Assembly (NCBI GenBank): GCA_024277055.1
Contig: JAJRVZ010000047.1
Span: 1 to 42,287 of the forward strand
Reading direction: 5' to 3'
Source: Calditrichota bacterium
GTDB lineage: Bacteria > Calditrichota > Calditrichia > JAJRVZ01
DNA: 42,287 bases
How positions within the stretch are numbered: the first letter of the stretch is position 1; each line of letters opens with the position of its first letter. Made by a program: the position numbers and the translations under genes. Below, piece by piece: positions 18,327-28,152 of the stretch. The notes beneath the pieces are model-generated. The model was not told the DNA's origin. It saw only the letters and a program-made list of their open reading frames with translations, and made no database searches.

Positions 18327-20186
18327 ATGAAAAAAGAACGATCTGCCTGGTGGTGGGTACCCAGCCTGTACTACGCAGAAGGTATTCCTTATATCGTCGT
18401 GATGATGGTATCCGTAATTATGTACAAACGCATGGGTGTTTCGAATTCGGATATAGCCCTTTATACATCCTGGTTGTACCTGCCGTGGGTTATAAAGCCC
18501 CTGTGGAGCCCGGTGGTTGATATTTTTCGCACCAAGCGATGGTGGATTGTTATTACACAGCTGATCGTCGGCGCCGGCCTCGGTGGCGTCGCGTTGACTA
18601 TTCCTCTGCCTGATTTCTTTAAATTTACTTTGGCCTTTTTCTGGTTGCTGGCCTTCAGTTCCGCAACGCACGATATCGCCGCCGACGGATTCTATATGCT
18701 CGGGTTGAATACCCACGCCCAGGCATGGTTTGTAGGCGTTCGCAGTACTTTTTACCGCCTGGCCATGATCACCGGACAGGGTCTGCTTATTATTCTTGCC
18801 GGTTATATTGAAAGCAACAGCGGCCTGCCGACGGTTGAATTTGAAGTGCATGCCGTAAAAGAACCGCTTCAGGTTTCCGCACCGGAGGTAACTTTACTGG
18901 AGCAACAGGAGTTTGAAGGAGATATGTGCGTTGTTCTTGACCCCGGCAATATGCAAATCAGTATTTCACCCCGGAACCAAACCGAAGTGGATTCTGTTCT
19001 TGCGCTGATTCGTGCCAGAAACAGCGAACTGGGTCACCTGCAAATGAAAATGAATTCAGGTCAGAAGAACAGTGGTTTTGAAGAGCAACCGTCCTGGTGG
19101 CAGGAAAAAGTGGTATTACCCCTCGAAAGCTTTCTTAAAGACCATTTCGGTGAGCATCGTGATATGCCGGCGGCCAATCGTGCCGGTAATTTCGGAGTGT
19201 TTGCAGTTCGATTATCTCACCCTCCGGCGACCGGCGATGAAGTGGTCGTGAACCTGGGTCGTGAATACGGAGATAAAAGCATATCTCTTGTTGAAGGGGC
19301 GCGCTTTGTGTTTAATGAAAACAACTGGAACCGGCCTGCATTGGGAATGATCCAGCTGGATCACCGAATGAAATATGCAGCCGATGCGCATTTCCGGGCG
19401 ACCGCCGGTAATATTCCTCTGGCATGGTCAATAACTTTCAGTTCGATTGCGATCCTGTTTGTTCTTTTCTTCGTTTATCACAAATTTATGCTGCCCAGAC
19501 CTGATTCAGACCGGGGAGGCGTAATTGAAAGCGCGGCAGGTTTTTTCAGTGAATATTTCAAAACGTTCGCATCCTTTTTCAGAAAGGAACAGATCGGTAT
19601 CGCCATTGCTTTTCTTTTGCTTTATCGTTTGGGTGAGGCCCAGCTGGTTAAACTTGCATCACCGTTCCTGCTGGATGCGCAGGAGGTCGGCGGTCTTGCA
19701 CTTACAACCGGACAGGTCGGGTTTGTTTACGGTACGGTCGGCATTGTAATGCTCAGCATCGGCGGTTTGCTGGGCGGATTTCTGGCGGCAAGAAACGGAT
19801 TGAAATACTGGCTGTGGTGGATGTGTATCGGTATACAATTGCCGGATGCTGTTTATGTCTATCTTTCCTATGCCCAGCCGGATAATTTTTTCATCATTAA
19901 TCTGATGGTTGGCATCGAACAGTTCGGCTACGGCTTCGGATTTACTGCTTATATGTTGTACATGATCTATATTTCCGAGGGCGAGCATAAAACCGCCCAT
20001 TTTGCCATCACAACCGGCTTTATGGCTTTGGGAATGATGATTCCGGGAATGTTCAGCGGGTGGCTACAGGAGGTAATCGGTTATAAAAGTTTTTTCATCT
20101 GGGTGTTGATCGCAACCCTTCCGGCGTTCATTACGTTAAAGTTCCTGCCCGTTGATGAAAACTTCGGGAAGAAAGTCCGGTCATGA
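18327..20186 (+). CDS. ampG: AmpG-family muropeptide MFS permease with a large inserted soluble domain
   Basis: WVPSLYYAEGIPY, LPWVIKPLWSPVVD, SATHDIAADGFY, EQFGYGFGFTA, KTAHFAITTGFMALGMM. Start set at ATG 18327 after GAGG. Confidence 0.88.
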   Translation: MKKERSAWWWVPSLYYAEGIPYIVVMMVSVIMYKRMGVSNSDIALYTSWLYLPWVIKPLWSPVVDIFRTKRWWIVITQLIVGAGLGGVALTIPLPDFFKFTLAFFWLLAFSSATHDIAADGFYMLGLNTHAQAWFVGVRSTFYRLAMITGQGLLIILAGYIESNSGLPTVEFEVHAVKEPLQVSAPEVTLLEQQEFEGDMCVVLDPGNMQISISPRNQTEVDSVLALIRARNSELGHLQMKMNSGQKNSGFEEQPSWWQEKVVLPLESFLKDHFGEHRDMPAANRAGNFGVFAVRLSHPPATGDEVVVNLGREYGDKSISLVEGARFVFNENNWNRPALGMIQLDHRMKYAADAHFRATAGNIPLAWSITFSSIAILFVLFFVYHKFMLPRPDSDRGGVIESAAGFFSEYFKTFASFFRKEQIGIAIAFLLLYRLGEAQLVKLASPFLLDAQEVGGLALTTGQVGFVYGTVGIVMLSIGGLLGGFLAARNGLKYWLWWMCIGIQLPDAVYVYLSYAQPDNFFIINLMVGIEQFGYGFGFTAYMLYMIYISEGEHKTAHFAITTGFMALGMMIPGMFSGWLQEVIGYKSFFIWVLIATLPAFITLKFLPVDENFGKKVRS

Positions 20187-20287
20187 ATCCAGTACAGGAA
20201 ATCCGGGTGTCCGTGCAGTCCCGACCCTGTGATTCGTCATAATAAAATTTAATTGAATTTTGAAATCTGCGCGGGAAAACGAAAGCA

Positions 20288-20677
20288 TTATTCGTCCGGG
20301 CTGTATTTTATACCAAGCCAGGCCATTGCTTCATTCATATCCCTGAAAATACCCACCGGCACGTTCAATTCGGTCCTGACCCCATACATTCGCGCCAGAC
20401 CGAATCCAAGATCATCGGGTACGACTATAGCCAACCGGTAACCTTCCAGTTTGGGATGTTTTTGCCGGTCCGCGCTGACCAGGTCGTCAATCGCCGCTGT
20501 GGAAAGATTGAAATGCGTAACGGCACGAACGTCGGAAAGCTCCACCATTCCTTTTTCAAATTCCGGATCGGCCATCAGTATATTTTTGTGTTCCAGTAAT
20601 TCTTCATCTGATAACGAATCCCTTGCAACCGTAAGCACAATTTTCCGTTTTTTATCTATACGGTATTCAATCGGCAT
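20288..20677 (-). CDS. Hypothetical protein, SpoIIAA/STAS-like
   Basis: 129 aa with the pattern LSDVR...RLAIVVPDDLGFGLARMY...IFRDMNEAMAWL typical of small SpoIIAA-like proteins. Confidence 0.7.
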   Translation of the reverse strand: MPIEYRIDKKRKIVLTVARDSLSDEELLEHKNILMADPEFEKGMVELSDVRAVTHFNLSTAAIDDLVSADRQKHPKLEGYRLAIVVPDDLGFGLARMYGVRTELNVPVGIFRDMNEAMAWLGIKYSPDE

Positions 20678-20710
20678 TTCACACTATTCTCCGGTCTGAT
20701 CTCCAGAGTA

Positions 20711-22063
20711 TTATTTTTCGATATCGGTTCTGGTTTCTTTAAAGATAATTCCATGTTTTTCGAGTTCCGGAAGAACCCGGGTATAAATCGCCTGATGCGT
20801 AGGGATATGGCAACCGCAAATCGGCAGCTCACCCGTCAGTAAAAGTTTGGTGGCAATGGCAGCGGGAAGCCCGACCGTTTTGGCAATAGCCGTGAATCCT
20901 CCGGGCTTACCATATTCAATCATAGTCGATCTTATTTTTGTTCGCTGTCTTCCGTTGCCGGGATATTTAACCGTAAGTTCATGAACGATGGCCACCATAT
21001 CTTTTTGATTTTCCGTTAGCTGCAATTTCCGGCTGAGAAGATCCGCCAGCACTTCGGCGCTGGTATTGCCGGCCGTTCGAATTTTTTCATCGGAAAACAG
21101 CCCGAGCCACTGCAGTTTTTCCATTATGTTGCCTGTGGGGCTGATATTCAAGAAATTTGCCACGCGCTGCTCCAGGCTGGGGCCGGGATCGTGTAACGGC
21201 AGAAACATCTCCACCAGTTCTCTATAGGTTTTTCTTCTGAGGCCGGAAATTCTGATCGATTCATTCGGCAACCCCAGTCGTACCACCTGCAGCCAGGTTT
21301 CGCTCCAGCCGGGATATCTTAATGTACCGCGAATCATGGTGTGTACCTTTTCAAGCCCGAATAATTTCATGTACAGCATGGAATCCCGGTTGGGATACGC
21401 TTCAAGTGTTCCGATACCCTCCAGCTCTATCCGCCATGTACGCTGAAAAACTTCATGCCACGGAAGAATTTTGATTTTTCCTTTGTACAAATACTGTGCT
21501 CCCGTTTCACCGGCCATTACTACGTTTCTCGGATTCCAGGTGATGGCATATTTCAGGGGATTGTCGATAGAGTCCGGTGCCGGCAGGCCACTGCCATAGG
21601 AGCGAAATGCTTCAATTTCAGCACCTTCTTTTTTGACCTGTTGAATAACAGACATAGCCGACATATGATCGATCCCTGGGTCCAGTCCCATTTCATTTAA
21701 AACGAGGACGCCGTGTCGCTGGGCATCGGCATTGATATCCGCCATACGAATATCCTGATAGGAAGCCGTTATCATGTGCTTGCGCTGTTTTATACAATCA
21801 AGGGCAAGGATATACTGGAAAGTCGGCGGCAAAAAGTTGACCACCACATCCGCTTTGGCGATTTGTGCTTCGCGCATTTCGGTATCATTTACGTCAAACA
21901 TGATTGAACTGCTTCGGGGATGTCGTCCCACCGCCTTTCGGGTAAGTTCTTTGTTCACATCACCAACGGTAATGAACCAATCATATTTTTCGGCTCTTTC
22001 CAGCAAATAATTGATCAAATAGGGTGTGCTTTTCCCTGCACCTAAAACCAGTATGTGTTTCAT
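20711..22063 (-). CDS. Saccharopine dehydrogenase family protein
   Basis: ILVLGAGKS, ITASY, NEMGLDPGIDHMSA, YAITWNPRNV, EAYPNRDS, RGTLRYPG, AKTVGLPAAI. Confidence 0.92.
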   Translation of the reverse strand: MKHILVLGAGKSTPYLINYLLERAEKYDWFITVGDVNKELTRKAVGRHPRSSSIMFDVNDTEMREAQIAKADVVVNFLPPTFQYILALDCIKQRKHMITASYQDIRMADINADAQRHGVLVLNEMGLDPGIDHMSAMSVIQQVKKEGAEIEAFRSYGSGLPAPDSIDNPLKYAITWNPRNVVMAGETGAQYLYKGKIKILPWHEVFQRTWRIELEGIGTLEAYPNRDSMLYMKLFGLEKVHTMIRGTLRYPGWSETWLQVVRLGLPNESIRISGLRRKTYRELVEMFLPLHDPGPSLEQRVANFLNISPTGNIMEKLQWLGLFSDEKIRTAGNTSAEVLADLLSRKLQLTENQKDMVAIVHELTVKYPGNGRQRTKIRSTMIEYGKPGGFTAIAKTVGLPAAIATKLLLTGELPICGCHIPTHQAIYTRVLPELEKHGIIFKETRTDIEK

Positions 22064-22175
22064 GAAATCCTCAGATGGTTAGATAGATCGATAAGTCCTT
22101 TTGTTGTTGATTTGAAGAGCTTAAAATTAGCAATGATTTTACAAAAAGAAAAGCGGAAAAAAACGGATTCTCATA

Positions 22176-22218
22176 AAAAAAATAAAAAGCCCTTTCGTTC
22201 TCTTCGCGAAAGGGCTTT
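22176..22218 (-). terminator. Rho-independent terminator after the M16 peptidase genes
   Basis: Inverted repeat AAAGCCCTTTCG (22186-22197) / CGAAAGGGCTTT (22207-22218) followed on the minus strand by a long T-tract; 16 nt after the stop codon. Confidence 0.85.
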
Positions 22219-22234
22219 CCGGAATTATAAACCG

Positions 22235-23518
22235 TTACATTAAAAATGCAGCGGTATTTAATTTCGGCGGATTACCGATCAGTACAAATTGCAAATTATG
22301 AATATATTTTTTGCAAACCTTCTGTACCTCTTTAGCGGAAACTTTTCGCAGATTTCCGATGAATTTTTCTGCGGTTTCATAACCGGCTCCGCTTAATTCG
22401 TAACGCGCCAGCAGAGAGGCCTGGGATTGGTTTGTTTCATTACCGAGATAATAGCGGGTAATGAATACCGATATTTTATCCTTGAGTTCTTTTTCGCTGA
22501 TCATTTCATCCTGCAGCCGTTTCAGTTCGGCCTGCATTACCTTAATCGTCGTATCCGGCTCCACTGCCGTTACATAAATATAGCCGTAATTCGAAAATGA
22601 ACCACCGTAACCGCCACTCGGTGCATAGGATAGATTCCGCTTTGTGCGAACTTCTTCAAACAACCGATCCCGTAAAATGGAACCTGCAATGCTCATGGCA
22701 TAGCTTTCCTCACTCCCAAATGCGGGAGCCGGGAAATATCCCTGGATATAGTTCGTCGGCAGTTCCCGTTTCACGATCTTCAGACTCGGTACATCGTGCT
22801 GCACTGCAGGCGGTAATACCGGCCTGTAATTTCCTTTCGGCAATTCACCAAAACTTTTCTCCACCAGTTCCCGTAATTCGGCTACTGTCGTGTTTCCGAC
22901 AACCACCAGCAGCATATCCGAAGCGGTAACCCTTCCCTTCAAATAGGATTTTAATTCCCCGCCCGAAAAACCGGAAACCGATTCCATAGTGCCGGTTACA
23001 TCAATTTCATAGGGATGGTCCAGGTAGAAGGCCTTGCGGATAAGATTTCTGAGATAGGCGTCGGGATTATCTTTGCTCTGCTTGATATTGGCCAGAATCT
23101 GTTCTCTCACCAATTCCACATCATCGCTTTCGAAGGAGGGATTTAACAGTATATCGGAAAAAATATCCCATGATCTTTCGAAATTGTCTTTCACACACAA
23201 CATGGACAAATTAGAATAGTCCATGGTACTGGAAGAACTGATGCGTGTATTCATGCTCTCCAGCGCGGCGTTCATTTTTTCTTTCGGAAAATTGGTTGTA
23301 GCTTTGCGCGCTACCTGCAGCGCAAATCCTTCAATACCGGCCAGCCGGTTATTCAGAACAGTTGTGCCGCCTCTGAAATACATTTGAGCAGCAATAATAT
23401 CCGTTGCGGAATTTTGCTTGAAAATTATTTTCAGCCCGTTCACGTCAAATGACTGCGCCTCACCGGCTGTGGCAGCAACAGAAAAAACGGCAAGTAAAAC
23501 AATTATTATCTTTTTCAT
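22235..23518 (-). CDS. M16 (pitrilysin-family) peptidase, non-catalytic subunit
   Basis: Signal peptide; no HxxEH; RLFEEVRTKRNLSY (R/Y pair) and MLLVVVGN; adjacent to the catalytic partner. Confidence 0.88.
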   Translation of the reverse strand: MKKIIIVLLAVFSVAATAGEAQSFDVNGLKIIFKQNSATDIIAAQMYFRGGTTVLNNRLAGIEGFALQVARKATTNFPKEKMNAALESMNTRISSSSTMDYSNLSMLCVKDNFERSWDIFSDILLNPSFESDDVELVREQILANIKQSKDNPDAYLRNLIRKAFYLDHPYEIDVTGTMESVSGFSGGELKSYLKGRVTASDMLLVVVGNTTVAELRELVEKSFGELPKGNYRPVLPPAVQHDVPSLKIVKRELPTNYIQGYFPAPAFGSEESYAMSIAGSILRDRLFEEVRTKRNLSYAPSGGYGGSFSNYGYIYVTAVEPDTTIKVMQAELKRLQDEMISEKELKDKISVFITRYYLGNETNQSQASLLARYELSGAGYETAEKFIGNLRKVSAKEVQKVCKKYIHNLQFVLIGNPPKLNTAAFLM

Positions 23519-23529
23519 GATGTGCCCTC

Positions 23530-24870
23530 CTATAGTCCCAGCGTCTGGCGGTCTTTTGGAGACACCAGCACACCGATGACGTGTTTTTTATCTTTTACGT
23601 ATGTGTCAATATACCTTTTGATATCTTTGCGGGTAACTTTATTGAGATTGTCGACATAGTTCAGATAGTAATCCAGACCGGCGACCGCCCACCAGAAACC
23701 AACGGAGTGAACAAACTGCGAAGGACGTTCGCGGCCGTATTTTTCATCAATGGACAAAATGGTTTTGGCATTTTGCAATTGTTCGTCGGTAAAATAATCT
23801 TCGGAGCTCATGGCATCCAGCTCGGCGAAAACGGCTTTTTTACAGCCCTCGAATTTATCGGCGGAAGTTTGAACGGTCAGTGTTATCGGACCGGTATGAT
23901 TCAGCGTGTAATAGCCGAAATTGACAAAATATGCCAGTCCGCTTTCCACCAGGTTTTTGTGAAATTTCGAAGTTTTTTGCCCTAGAATGAAGGAAAGTAC
24001 ATCAGCGGCATAGGTTGCCTGCGGATCTTTACTAACGCTCGGCCCTTGCCACGCTACCTGCATTACTACAGCATTTACGGGTTTTTCAACAATAACAGTT
24101 TCCGTTTTTTGAATCGGAGGATGCTCCGGTATTTTGTATTTTTTAAACGGATCATCACCCCGCTTCCAGGAACTGAATACCTTTTCCGCCAACTGAAAAC
24201 CCTGCTCCGGAGTTATATCACCGGCCAGCAATAATGCGGAATTATTCGGGATATAGTAACGGTCCTGAATGGTCTGCATTTTTTCCGTAGTTGTATTCAG
24301 GATAACTTCACGGTCTCCGATTACATTTTTGCGGCTGAAGTATTTCCACCAAACCTTTTTATCTACCGCCCTGCTGAGATGAAAGAACGGGTTTGATTCA
24401 TTACGGTCATATTCTCCGGTTACAACAGGACGTTCACGCACCAGTTCCTCCTGTTGGAATAATGGACCTGTTATTGCGTCGTACATGAACACCATAGCCG
24501 CTTCCGTGTTTTCCTTGGGAACGGTGAAAAAGTAGTTAACCCGCTCATGACTTGTTGTACCGTTCCAGGAAGCTCCCAACTCACGCAGCCGTTCCATATA
24601 CCGTTCCTGGTTCGGAATCTTTTTGTTTGCCTTGAAAAACATGTGCTCATAAAGATGGGACAGACCATCGAATTCCGGTGACTCGGTATAGGCGCCGTTT
24701 TTTACATCGATTTCCACCGTGACCAGCGGTACCTGGTGGTTTTCGATAACTATTACGTCGAGTCCGTTGTCAAGCGTTTTTCTGAAAATGTTGTATTTTT
24801 GCGCTGAGGCTGAAATGCTGAATAGCGCGATCAACGCAATCAGTACAACTAACCGTGGTTTACCTGTCAT
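23530..24870 (-). CDS. M16 (pitrilysin-family) zinc peptidase, catalytic subunit
   Basis: Signal peptide; TLDNGL, inverted zinc motif GLSHLYEHMFF, ERPVVTGE, YYIPNN..LLLAGD. Confidence 0.92.
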   Translation of the reverse strand: MTGKPRLVVLIALIALFSISASAQKYNIFRKTLDNGLDVIVIENHQVPLVTVEIDVKNGAYTESPEFDGLSHLYEHMFFKANKKIPNQERYMERLRELGASWNGTTSHERVNYFFTVPKENTEAAMVFMYDAITGPLFQQEELVRERPVVTGEYDRNESNPFFHLSRAVDKKVWWKYFSRKNVIGDREVILNTTTEKMQTIQDRYYIPNNSALLLAGDITPEQGFQLAEKVFSSWKRGDDPFKKYKIPEHPPIQKTETVIVEKPVNAVVMQVAWQGPSVSKDPQATYAADVLSFILGQKTSKFHKNLVESGLAYFVNFGYYTLNHTGPITLTVQTSADKFEGCKKAVFAELDAMSSEDYFTDEQLQNAKTILSIDEKYGRERPSQFVHSVGFWWAVAGLDYYLNYVDNLNKVTRKDIKRYIDTYVKDKKHVIGVLVSPKDRQTLGL

Positions 24871-26744
24871 GACTCCTCCCTTTGTTTAATGTGCGTGTTA
24901 CGTTTCTCATGAATTTTCCTTTTTCCGGAAGTTCTTTTCATTTTACCATAAAGTCGTTCGATTAAATCCTCCCGTCCCATTTGACGCAATTTTTGCTCCA
25001 GCTGTTTACGATTCTCAGATTTATACCAGAAAAAAAATTGTCTTTGGCTTAATTTTTCCGACCGTGTTCGAGCCACCGGTACTTTTTTTAATGAATAAGG
25101 GTGATAGCCGGAATAATAGACCACGGTTGCCACGGTCATCGGCGTCGGAGTAAAATCCTGAATCTGCTCAAGTTTATAGCCCAGCTCTTTGGTTTTTACA
25201 GCCAGGTCGGCCATTTCCCGGTTTCCGCAACCCGGATGACTGGAAATGAAGTACGGAATTATTTGCTGATTCAGTCCATTCTTTTTGCAGAGGGAATCGA
25301 ATTGATCTTTAAACCGGTAGAATGTATCGAATTTCGGCTTGCGCATTTGTTTGAGCACACCCGGATCGGTATGTTCGGGCGCCACTTTCAACCGACCTGA
25401 AACATGGTGTGTAACCAGCTGCTCAATATATTCCGGCTGGTTAAGGGAAATATCGTAGCGGATACCGCTGGATACAATTGCCTTTTTTATCTTCGGATGA
25501 TCATTAACTTTACGGTAAATTTCCAGCATTGCTTCATGCGAAGTATCCAGATTCTGGCAAACGGTCGGGTGGATGCAGGAAGGTGCTACACAGCGTTCAC
25601 AAACGGACAGGTCTTTACCCTGCATTTTATACATATTTCCCGAGGGACCTCCCAGGTCGGAAAGGTAGCCTTTGAAATCGGGCATTCGGGTTATTTTATC
25701 CACTTCTTTCAGAATCGAATCCTGCGAACGGCTGGCGATAAATTTTCCCTGGTGTGCCGAAATAGTGCAAAAACTGCAACCGCCGAAGCAGCCGCGGTGC
25801 ATATTCACTGAAAATTTTATCATTTCAAAGGCGGGAATCGGTCCGCGTTTCTGATAACGGGGATGCGGCAAGCGCGTGTAGGGTAGGTCGAAAGCGGCGT
25901 CTATCTGTTTTTCGGTCATTGGAGGGTACGGCGGGTTGATAACCAGTCGCTGATTGCCAACGGCCTGCACCAGGCGCCTGGCATGGATTTTATTGGACTC
26001 CTGTTCAATATACTTGAAATTGCGCGCAAATTGTTTTTTATCTTTCAAACAGGTTTCATGTGCCGTCAGCTCAAAAGTTTCCCATCGGCGGTTTTTTGGT
26101 AACCCGGATTGTAAATCCTGCAAAAAGGCCGTTTGCGGTATCGTACTGAGTGATCGGAACGGTACACCCTTTTTCATCAGGTGAACGATTTCAAGCAGGG
26201 GCAATTCGCCCATACCATAAACCAGCAAATCGGCGTTGCTGTCGGCAAGAATGGGAGGTTTCAGGCAATCCGACCAGTAATCGTAATGCGTTACCCGGCG
26301 AAGGCTTGCTTCAATCCCGCCAAGTACTATCGGGACATCAGGGTAAAGAGCTTTCAGAATTTGACAATAGACGATTGAAGCATAATCCGGGCGAAATCCG
26401 GCTTTGCCGCCGGGCGTATAGGCATCGTTGGAGCGCAGGCGGCGGTTGGCGGTATAGTGATTAACCATCGAGTCCATGTTTCCGGCGGTTACCCCAAAAA
26501 ACAGTTCCGGTTTTCCCAGTTTTTTAAAGTCACGCAAATCATCGCGCCAGTTCGGCTGGGCAAGGATTGCCACGCGTAAACCTTCTTTTTCCAGCAATCG
26601 TCCAATAACCGCAGAACCAAACGCAGGGTGGTCAACATAAGCATCCCCGCTGACGATGATTACATCAACGCTCTCCCACCCGCGTTTATCCATATCGGAC
26701 CGTGTTACCGGCAACCAGTTTTCTATGGGTATATTGTTTTGCAA
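24867..26744 (-). CDS. YgiQ/UPF0313 family radical SAM protein
   Basis: GDAYVDHPAFG, GNMDSMVNHYT, GGIEASLRR, CxxxCxxC as GCFGGCSFC, VAPEH, YFISSHPG, FTPTPMT. Confidence 0.95.
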   Translation of the reverse strand: MQNNIPIENWLPVTRSDMDKRGWESVDVIIVSGDAYVDHPAFGSAVIGRLLEKEGLRVAILAQPNWRDDLRDFKKLGKPELFFGVTAGNMDSMVNHYTANRRLRSNDAYTPGGKAGFRPDYASIVYCQILKALYPDVPIVLGGIEASLRRVTHYDYWSDCLKPPILADSNADLLVYGMGELPLLEIVHLMKKGVPFRSLSTIPQTAFLQDLQSGLPKNRRWETFELTAHETCLKDKKQFARNFKYIEQESNKIHARRLVQAVGNQRLVINPPYPPMTEKQIDAAFDLPYTRLPHPRYQKRGPIPAFEMIKFSVNMHRGCFGGCSFCTISAHQGKFIASRSQDSILKEVDKITRMPDFKGYLSDLGGPSGNMYKMQGKDLSVCERCVAPSCIHPTVCQNLDTSHEAMLEIYRKVNDHPKIKKAIVSSGIRYDISLNQPEYIEQLVTHHVSGRLKVAPEHTDPGVLKQMRKPKFDTFYRFKDQFDSLCKKNGLNQQIIPYFISSHPGCGNREMADLAVKTKELGYKLEQIQDFTPTPMTVATVVYYSGYHPYSLKKVPVARTRSEKLSQRQFFFWYKSENRKQLEQKLRQMGREDLIERLYGKMKRTSGKRKIHEKRNTHIKQREES

Positions 26745-27019
26745 CGGTGCTTTCGTTTTTGTGGCATCTGAAACCGCAATTACAACTGCGCCCGTGTTAA
26801 CTTAATTTCAGGCGATCTATAATAATTTGCGGATTTTTTTTTAAAGGAACAATCGTAATACGAACCAATCACCGTCAGGTTTCAGTAAACAAGCGTAAAG
26901 TTCAGAATTTTTTAAGTTTCAAAAGTGCTTTTCTGAAAACATAACTTTTTCAGACCAAGTTTAGGATTTGAAGATTTTAATTTGTATACTTAACGCTTTA
27001 TTAATTAACGGAGAAAGAA

Positions 27020-28033
27020 ATGAAGTATTTAATTTCTGCGATGGCTTTCCTGCTGTTGTTGGCAGCTTGTGACAGCGGCAAGCAGACTGCGCAACTGGAA
27101 AAGGAATCTTCCGCATATAAGCTGGCTCAGGATTTGTCTGCAAAACTGGCGGATATCGATCCGGATAAAGGTAAAACCATCGTTACAACCAATGACTTCG
27201 TCGTTTCAACCAATGATGTGGTTCTCGAAATTGACACCAAATACAAACGCCAAATTCCGAGATTCATTTCACTGGACGAAGCCAGGTTGCGGCGGGTATT
27301 CGGTCAGATAGCCGAAAATATTGCCATTAACCGCTTGCTGCTCGGTGAGGCCGCCGCCAAAGGGGTTACCCTTTCCGAGGCAAAAATAGACAGTTTTTTG
27401 ACGCAAGAATATGAGCGTGCCGGCGGTGAAGAAAAATACAAAGAAATGCTGGCCGCCAGCAACGTATCCATGGATATTGTCAGAAAAGATGTCCATGACG
27501 GAATGTTGATAAAAAAGTTTGTCGATTCACAGATTGTAGAGAAGGCAACGGTCAGCGAAGAAGATATTAAAAAGGCTTACAATGAGGACAAAACTGCATC
27601 TGTACGACATATTCTCATGATGACCACCGGTAAAAGCGATGAAGAGAAAGCCCTGATCCGTGAAAAAATGCAGGGTGTACTTGATCGCGCCCGCAAAGGT
27701 GAGGATTTTGCCAAATTAGCCAAAGAATTCAGTGAAGACCCCGGTTCCAAAAACAAAGGCGGACTTTATGAAAATTTTCCCCGTGGCCAGATGGTAAAAC
27801 CCTTTGAAGATGCCGCGTTCAATATTCCCGTCGGCGAACTCAGCGATATTGTCGAAACACAGTACGGTTATCATATTCTGAAAATTGAGGGACGGCAGAA
27901 GGAAACCCGCCCCTTTGCAGAGGTTCATGATGAAATCGAAAAAAAGTTGCTGAGTACCCGTTACAATGAAGCCTACAAAGATTTTATCAGCAAACTGAAA
28001 GATGCAAACGGTTTTAAAAATGATTTTCTATAA
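27020..28033 (+). CDS. Parvulin-type peptidyl-prolyl isomerase lipoprotein (PrsA/SurA-like)
   Basis: Lipobox LLAAC; VRHIL, GEDFAKLAKEFSEDPGS, GQMVKPFEDAAF, VETQYGYHILK. Confidence 0.92.
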   Translation: MKYLISAMAFLLLLAACDSGKQTAQLEKESSAYKLAQDLSAKLADIDPDKGKTIVTTNDFVVSTNDVVLEIDTKYKRQIPRFISLDEARLRRVFGQIAENIAINRLLLGEAAAKGVTLSEAKIDSFLTQEYERAGGEEKYKEMLAASNVSMDIVRKDVHDGMLIKKFVDSQIVEKATVSEEDIKKAYNEDKTASVRHILMMTTGKSDEEKALIREKMQGVLDRARKGEDFAKLAKEFSEDPGSKNKGGLYENFPRGQMVKPFEDAAFNIPVGELSDIVETQYGYHILKIEGRQKETRPFAEVHDEIEKKLLSTRYNEAYKDFISKLKDANGFKNDFL

Positions 28034-28063
28034 TAAAACGGTTTGATTAACGGTGACTTTTCT

Positions 28064-28100
28064 AAAGCCATGGCGGGTTCTTCCTGTCATGGCTTTTTTT
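28064..28100 (+). terminator. Rho-independent terminator between convergent genes
   Basis: AAAGCCATGGCGGG-TTCTT-CCTGTCATGGCTTTTTTT: a stem with G-U pairs followed by a U-tract. Confidence 0.85.
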
Positions 28101-28152
28101 GAAGGCCGGATGAATTGACTAAACAACCGCCGATTTAACGGTTGTCTCCGGG

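Noticed and set aside
24871-24882. M16 peptidase RBS (AGGGAGGA) is complementary to the candidate sRNA seed
   Set aside because: An 8-nt match to a generic Shine-Dalgarno sequence is expected for many genes and is not evidence of targeting.
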